Translations under genes and position numbers: made by a program
Shown here: positions 59,110 to 64,000 of the stretch, piece after piece
Numbering within the stretch: position 1 is the first letter of the stretch
Layout of the letters: the number at the start of each line of letters is the position of its first letter
The notes under the pieces: model-generated
What the model was told of the DNA's origin: nothing
The model's input: the letters and a program-made list of their open reading frames with translations, nothing else
Databases searched by the model: none
Origin: an uncultured Gammaproteobacteria bacterium
Lineage (GTDB): Bacteria > Patescibacteriota > Patescibacteriia > JAHIZJ01
Length of the DNA stretch: 64,000 nucleotides
Assembly: GCA_964594455.1 (NCBI GenBank)
Contig: CAZQLY010000001.1
Span: 133,989-197,988 of the forward strand
Direction of reading: 5' to 3'

Positions 59110-59336
59110 AATTGTAATAATTTAAAAATCCCAATCAATGTTCCTTGTTTGGGACCCTGTTATTCGGGCGGTTCCACCCAATTTCTTTCTTTAGCCGATG
59201 CCAAAGAGAGCGCTCATTGAATTGTCTCTTATAGTTTAGGTCGCAGTTGACTTGGGCCATTGGCCTAACCAGTTTGGTAATCTGGTCAATCACTATAAGT
59301 GTTTATAGAATATTTGAATCTGAATAATCTGTCAAG
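59110..59336 (-). promoter_or_regulatory. T-box leader (tRNA-sensing riboswitch) upstream of thrS
   Basis: Minus strand: TTGACA promoter; Stem-I region with an AGUGA (GA/K-turn) motif and an ACC Thr codon in the expected specifier position; T-box sequence UUGGGUGGAACCGC; then terminator ucccaa-N14-uuggga with U5, 30 nt before the ATG. Confidence 0.6.
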
Positions 59337-59338
59337 AA

Positions 59339-60496
59339 TTACCTTATCCGGACTTCAATATTATCCACTAAGGTTGGCGTTCTAAACACCCAGAATGGCG
59401 AGAATTGTATTTCCACGTTTTCTACTTTGGGGAATTGGGCAAAGTACCGCTGGACATCATTACGATCCATATTGACCAATTTAATACGGTCAAACATGGA
59501 ATGCGAGAGCGTAACGTTCTTGGTTCCCGATATGGTTACTCTCAGACTGGCGACTTGGTCTTCAACATTGAAATTATCTATTACATAGGTGTAAGGAGTG
59601 TCAGTATCCAATGTTAATTTAGTATTATTGGGAAGCTGTCCGGCGGTTTTTTCGTGAGCTAAGGCAATAACTTCATCAGCGTTATAACTTAAAGCTACAA
59701 CATGCAGGCTGGTAGTAACATAAAAGGAATTTACTTGGGCATTGGGTTCGACTGAGGCTTCTTCGCTGAGTAGTTCTTTTTTAGTGGCTTGTATTTTATA
59801 ATCTGCATTTAAATAATTTAGCTGAGTTTCAATATCATCCAAAGCTTGATTGTAGGCTGCTTGAAAGTTGTCATTCTTGGCTTTAACAATATTATCTAAG
59901 GTGGCTACGGTTGTGGTAGTGGTTCCGCCAGTCATTTTTTCAGTACTTTCACCATAGATCTTATCTTGGAGACCTGGCCAAAGTCCTGGAATAGTGAAGC
60001 GCATAGGTTCGACCTCTCCAGCCAGACCGGGTTGGTCAGCTGTTACTGATACGGAAACTTGACCGCCTGGAGGCACATCCACGCGTTCGTCTGTTCTGAA
60101 TAAGATTCCAGTTTCTGACAACAGTCTGGTGGTAGCAATCAGAGGCTGTGTACTAGAGTAGTTGTTATGAATTGTAACTTGACCAGTTGCCTTAGATTCG
60201 ACTTCTGATCCTACAGTAACTTCAGCATACTCATTTGTCAGTGAAACGTTTGATTCGAACACCACCCCGGCAACTGCTGGTTCGCTGGTGTTTTCATCTT
60301 CCGGATTGTTGACTATCTCGATTAGGGTGCTAACCGTGTATGGTTCGTCAGAGACTGTAACCCAAATAATTGTATTAGAAAAGGAAAAGTAGACTATCAG
60401 AGCCAATACGATTACAACCGCTATAGAAAAAGTAATAATTAAAGTCCGATAGTAATTCTGTATTTTAATTTTGTGGATTGATTTTTTCTTAGTCAT
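59339..60496 (-). CDS. Membrane-anchored hypothetical protein
   Basis: One N-terminal TM helix; Thr/Val/Asn-rich extracytoplasmic domain; no motif. Confidence 0.55.
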   Translation of the reverse strand: MTKKKSIHKIKIQNYYRTLIITFSIAVVIVLALIVYFSFSNTIIWVTVSDEPYTVSTLIEIVNNPEDENTSEPAVAGVVFESNVSLTNEYAEVTVGSEVESKATGQVTIHNNYSSTQPLIATTRLLSETGILFRTDERVDVPPGGQVSVSVTADQPGLAGEVEPMRFTIPGLWPGLQDKIYGESTEKMTGGTTTTTVATLDNIVKAKNDNFQAAYNQALDDIETQLNYLNADYKIQATKKELLSEEASVEPNAQVNSFYVTTSLHVVALSYNADEVIALAHEKTAGQLPNNTKLTLDTDTPYTYVIDNFNVEDQVASLRVTISGTKNVTLSHSMFDRIKLVNMDRNDVQRYFAQFPKVENVEIQFSPFWVFRTPTLVDNIEVRIR

Positions 60497-60499
60497 AAA

Positions 60500-63400
60500 T
60501 TATCTAAGAGTAATCATGTCCTTACCAATTACCGATTCTATTTCTTTCACTAGGTCGGGAGAATGATTTACGGCCAAGCTTGTTTTTATTACTCGCTGAC
60601 CAGTACGGGCTGGTACAACCAGAAACACGTTAATTTTTCCGGGATTCTTTTGCAATATCACTTTAAGCTTATCATAAATATCACGTTTGGCGCGAGAGGG
60701 TACATTAATAAATAGATTTTCGTTGTAGGGCATATTGTTACGATCGTAGTTGTTTCTATTTCGCTTCTTGGAAAATCCAGCTATCACTTCCTCAGCATTG
60801 TCAGTATTCATGACAGTTACGTCATCGACCAATAATTTCTTTTCATCATCTTTTTCTGAAAGTCGGCCGGCGATAGCTACAACTCTATCTTCCTGCCAGA
60901 CTTCCGGGTACTGCTCTAAAACCTTAGGGAAAACTAACACTTCAACTGACCCAGTATTATCCTCGATTTTAACAAATAACATAGGATCATGATTGCGAGT
61001 GAGTATTTTTTTTATTTGGGTGATAATTCCAGCGACAATTACACGTTTTTTTGGAGGAACATGGCTTAGCTCATTAATAGAAGTTGTATAGTCTTGGATT
61101 TTTTCCGAATATGAGGAAAAAGGGTGCTCGGTGATGTAGAGCCCCAGGAGTTCTTTTTCCCAGGCCAGCATTTGGTCTTTAGTGTCTGGTTCAGAAGATA
61201 TTAGTTTCAGTTTTGGCGAGTTGTTTATTGGAGCATAGCGGAAAAAATTTGTTTGGCCGTTGGTGCTTTCCTTTTCTGCTGATTTAGCAAAACTGAGGAG
61301 ATGGTCCATATTGCTTAGGAGCTGATTGCGTCCGCCAAAACGGTCGAGGGTGCCTGATTTGATCATACTTTCTAATGATTTCTTGTTTAAATCTTTAGTG
61401 TGAACCCGGCTTAAGAAATCTTCTAAGTTTTTATAAGCTCCGTTGGCTTTTCTTTCTTCAATGATAGTTTCAACTATATTTGACCCGACATTCTTTATTG
61501 CTCTCAGTCCAAATCGAATAGTCGGGCTTTTCGCTTGAGGCACAACCGAAAAAGTTCCGAAACTTTCATTAATGTCAGGTGGTAGGACCTGGATTCCCAT
61601 GTGTTCGCATTCTTCTACCTCTATCGATATACGGTCAGTATTTTCCTGATCAGAAGTCAGCAGTGAAGCCATAAACTCTTCAGGGTAATTAGCCTTGAAA
61701 TAGGCAGTTTGGTAGGCAATCAAAGCGTAACAAGCGCCATGAGATCTATTAAAACCATAACGGGCAAATGGCTCGATGAACTGAAATATCATTTCTGCAG
61801 TTTTCTGGGGTATTTTGTTGTTCACACAACCGTCAATAAACTTCTTTTTTTGTTGCTTAAGAAGTTTTTCAATCTTTTTGCCCACCGCTTTTCTCAAAAC
61901 GTCAGCTTCGGCCAGAGTAAATCCCGCCAATGATTGGGCAATTTGCATAATTTGCTCTTGATAAACAGCCACGCCGTAAGTCTTCTCTAGAATGGGTTGA
62001 AGTTTTGGATGTAGATACTCAGTTTTTTTACGACCGTGCTTACCGGCGATAAAGTCGGGGATCAGTTCCATCGGGCCTGGTCGGTACAACGAGACCATAG
62101 CAATAATATCTTCTAGAGAAGTAGGTCGAAGTTGCTTGAGATATCTTTTCATGCCGGAACTTTCAAGTTGAAAAACACCAGTAGTTAAAGAACGTTGCAG
62201 TAGCTCAAATGTTTTTTTGTCATCCAATGGTAGATTATCCAGATCAATGTCTACATTCCTGGTTTTATTGATGATCTTCATGGCATTCTGGAGAATGGTC
62301 AGGTTCTTTAATCCCAAAAAGTCCATTTTTAATAAACCAAGGTCTTCGATAGCGTGAAGCGAATATTGGGTTACAATCGTCCGGTCATCTTGGCTGGCGT
62401 ATTGAGTGGGAACATAATGATCAAGTGAATCCTTGGTTATTACCACGCCACAGGCATGAGTTGAGGCGTGCCGGGCAACACCTTCCAGTTTTTTTGCGTT
62501 GTCTAATAAATTCCTGCCTTCTTCGTCGTTGTCATATATTTCTTTCAATTCAGGAACGGAGGAGATAGCATCAGAGAGTGACGAGAACATAGGAATGAGC
62601 TTGGCCACCCTATCGCAATATGAGTAACTTAGCCCCAGCACCCTCCCAACGTCTCTGATGGCGGCTCGAGCGGCCATAGTTCCAAAAGTGATTATTTGAG
62701 CCACGTGGTTTTTGCCATATTTTTTTTCAACATAACGGATAACTTCATCGCGCCTGTCATCAGCGAAGTCAACATCGATATCAGGCATTGATATACGTTC
62801 AGGATTCAAGAAACGTTCAAACAATAACTCATATTTCAATGGGTCAAGGTTTGTGATATTGGTCAGATAAGAAACTATTGAGCCAGCGGCTGAACCACGC
62901 CCTGGTCCCACGACGATATCGTTATCTTTAGCCCAATTAATGAAATCTTGGACTATTAAGAAATATGATGCAAACCCTGTTTTTTCGATGACTGACAGCT
63001 CAAAATCCATGCGGTCAATAATGCCTTTTTCAGAGCTGTTTTTTGGATGCTGATAATCATTTAATCCATATCTTTTGGCTAAACCTTTTAGGCAAAGATC
63101 ACGCAGGAAATCATCCGCTGTTTTGTTATCAGGAAGAGGGAAGTGTGGTAAAGAGATTTTGCCTAGCTCTATCTCTAGATTACAGCGCTCAGCTATTTTT
63201 ACCGTGTTTTCCAAAATTTCAGGATGACCAGGAAAAGCCTCGGCAATTGACTTGGCTGAACGAAAAGAAATATTAGTGTCTCCATAGGACATCCGGTCTT
63301 GATCTGATTGTTTCTTTTTTGTCTGAATGCAAAGCAGAATATCTTGAGCAACCGAGTCCTCTGGCTCTAAGTAGTGAACATCATTAGTAGCTACCACTGG

Positions 63401-63997
63401 GACATTTAGTTTTTCAGCAAATTGGAAAATTCTTTCGTTAACTTCTGATTGGTGTCTTAATTTTGGATGGTGTTGGACTTCTAAATAAAAATTATCCGGT
63501 CCGAAGAGATCGCGGTATTTAATGATCATCTCCTCAGCCTTCTTGAGATTATTATTAATAATGTGGTTAGAGAGTTCGCCTTGCAGGCAAGCTGTCAGAG
63601 CAATAATCCCTTCGTGATGTTCAGAAAGTAAATCAAAATCAACCCGAGGTTTTCTATAAAAACCCTCAAGGTGGGCCTTGGTAGTCAGTTTGATCAGGTT
63701 TTTGTAGCCAGCAGTGTTTTTAGCTAGTAGGACTAGATGGTAGGGTCGCTCATCAATTCTGGGTCGCTTCTGGTTACGGCTGTGCCTGGCAACATATGCC
63801 TCAACACCGATGATAGGTTTAATGCCTGCCTCTTGGGCTTTTTGGTAAAATTCGATAGCACCATACATTACGCCGTGGTCAGTTAAGGCCACGGCAGGCA
63901 TTGCCTCTTTTTGAACCTTTTCGATTAGCTCATCAATCTTCGGCAGTCCATCTAAGAGGCTATAATGGCTATGGAGATGCAGATGGACAAATTCCAT
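60500..63997 (-). CDS. dnaE: DNA polymerase III alpha subunit
   Basis: PHP domain start MEFVHLHLHSHYSLLDG, polymerase core, HhH and OB-fold; 1165 aa. Confidence 0.95.
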   Translation of the reverse strand: MEFVHLHLHSHYSLLDGLPKIDELIEKVQKEAMPAVALTDHGVMYGAIEFYQKAQEAGIKPIIGVEAYVARHSRNQKRPRIDERPYHLVLLAKNTAGYKNLIKLTTKAHLEGFYRKPRVDFDLLSEHHEGIIALTACLQGELSNHIINNNLKKAEEMIIKYRDLFGPDNFYLEVQHHPKLRHQSEVNERIFQFAEKLNVPVVATNDVHYLEPEDSVAQDILLCIQTKKKQSDQDRMSYGDTNISFRSAKSIAEAFPGHPEILENTVKIAERCNLEIELGKISLPHFPLPDNKTADDFLRDLCLKGLAKRYGLNDYQHPKNSSEKGIIDRMDFELSVIEKTGFASYFLIVQDFINWAKDNDIVVGPGRGSAAGSIVSYLTNITNLDPLKYELLFERFLNPERISMPDIDVDFADDRRDEVIRYVEKKYGKNHVAQIITFGTMAARAAIRDVGRVLGLSYSYCDRVAKLIPMFSSLSDAISSVPELKEIYDNDEEGRNLLDNAKKLEGVARHASTHACGVVITKDSLDHYVPTQYASQDDRTIVTQYSLHAIEDLGLLKMDFLGLKNLTILQNAMKIINKTRNVDIDLDNLPLDDKKTFELLQRSLTTGVFQLESSGMKRYLKQLRPTSLEDIIAMVSLYRPGPMELIPDFIAGKHGRKKTEYLHPKLQPILEKTYGVAVYQEQIMQIAQSLAGFTLAEADVLRKAVGKKIEKLLKQQKKKFIDGCVNNKIPQKTAEMIFQFIEPFARYGFNRSHGACYALIAYQTAYFKANYPEEFMASLLTSDQENTDRISIEVEECEHMGIQVLPPDINESFGTFSVVPQAKSPTIRFGLRAIKNVGSNIVETIIEERKANGAYKNLEDFLSRVHTKDLNKKSLESMIKSGTLDRFGGRNQLLSNMDHLLSFAKSAEKESTNGQTNFFRYAPINNSPKLKLISSEPDTKDQMLAWEKELLGLYITEHPFSSYSEKIQDYTTSINELSHVPPKKRVIVAGIITQIKKILTRNHDPMLFVKIEDNTGSVEVLVFPKVLEQYPEVWQEDRVVAIAGRLSEKDDEKKLLVDDVTVMNTDNAEEVIAGFSKKRNRNNYDRNNMPYNENLFINVPSRAKRDIYDKLKVILQKNPGKINVFLVVPARTGQRVIKTSLAVNHSPDLVKEIESVIGKDMITLR

Positions 63998-64000
63998 TCC

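Overview
The window is a gene-dense (about 90% coding), AT-rich (about 40% GC) bacterial chromosome segment. Its gene content and architecture look like a reduced-genome, Candidate-Phyla-Radiation/Patescibacteria-type organism: small membrane proteins, secE-nusG-rplK-rplA, pheS/pheT, gyrB, gatB, miaA/miaB, thrS, dnaE, and nucleotide-salvage genes. The standard genetic code is in use; TGA terminates conserved genes. No rRNA, tRNA or CRISPR array was recognised. Six points stand out. (1) About ten short GC-rich islets (50-58% GC) are embedded in the AT-rich backbone. Each carries one or a few genes (urocanase, HIT, TPR proteins, OPT transporter, beta-helix protein, pyrB-pyrI fusion, tdk and others). 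Almost all have strong AAGGAGG-type Shine-Dalgarno sites and their own hairpin terminators, including three near-identical terminator copies in one islet. (2) A thymidylate/dNTP-salvage cluster (dCMP deaminase, P-loop kinase, dUTPase, ThyX, Tdk, Tmk-like) is interrupted by a tandem array of four divergent paralogs. Each ends in a PEP-utilizer phosphohistidine swivel domain but has novel N-terminal domains and no ATP-grasp domain; a HAD-like hydrolase sits in the array. (3) A promoter-to-terminator non-coding RNA or leader of about 220 nt sits directly upstream of an operon encoding YwbE, a dual-zinc-ribbon/RGG/lysine-tail protein and a 2H phosphoesterase. (4) A T-box leader (GGGUGGAACCGC plus terminator) lies upstream of thrS. 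(5) A fused PyrB-PyrI aspartate carbamoyltransferase is preceded by a mini leader ORF and a terminator hairpin. (6) A CDP-alcohol phosphatidyltransferase is paired with a CarS (DUF46)-like gene. All functional calls rest on motif recognition by eye and need database confirmation.
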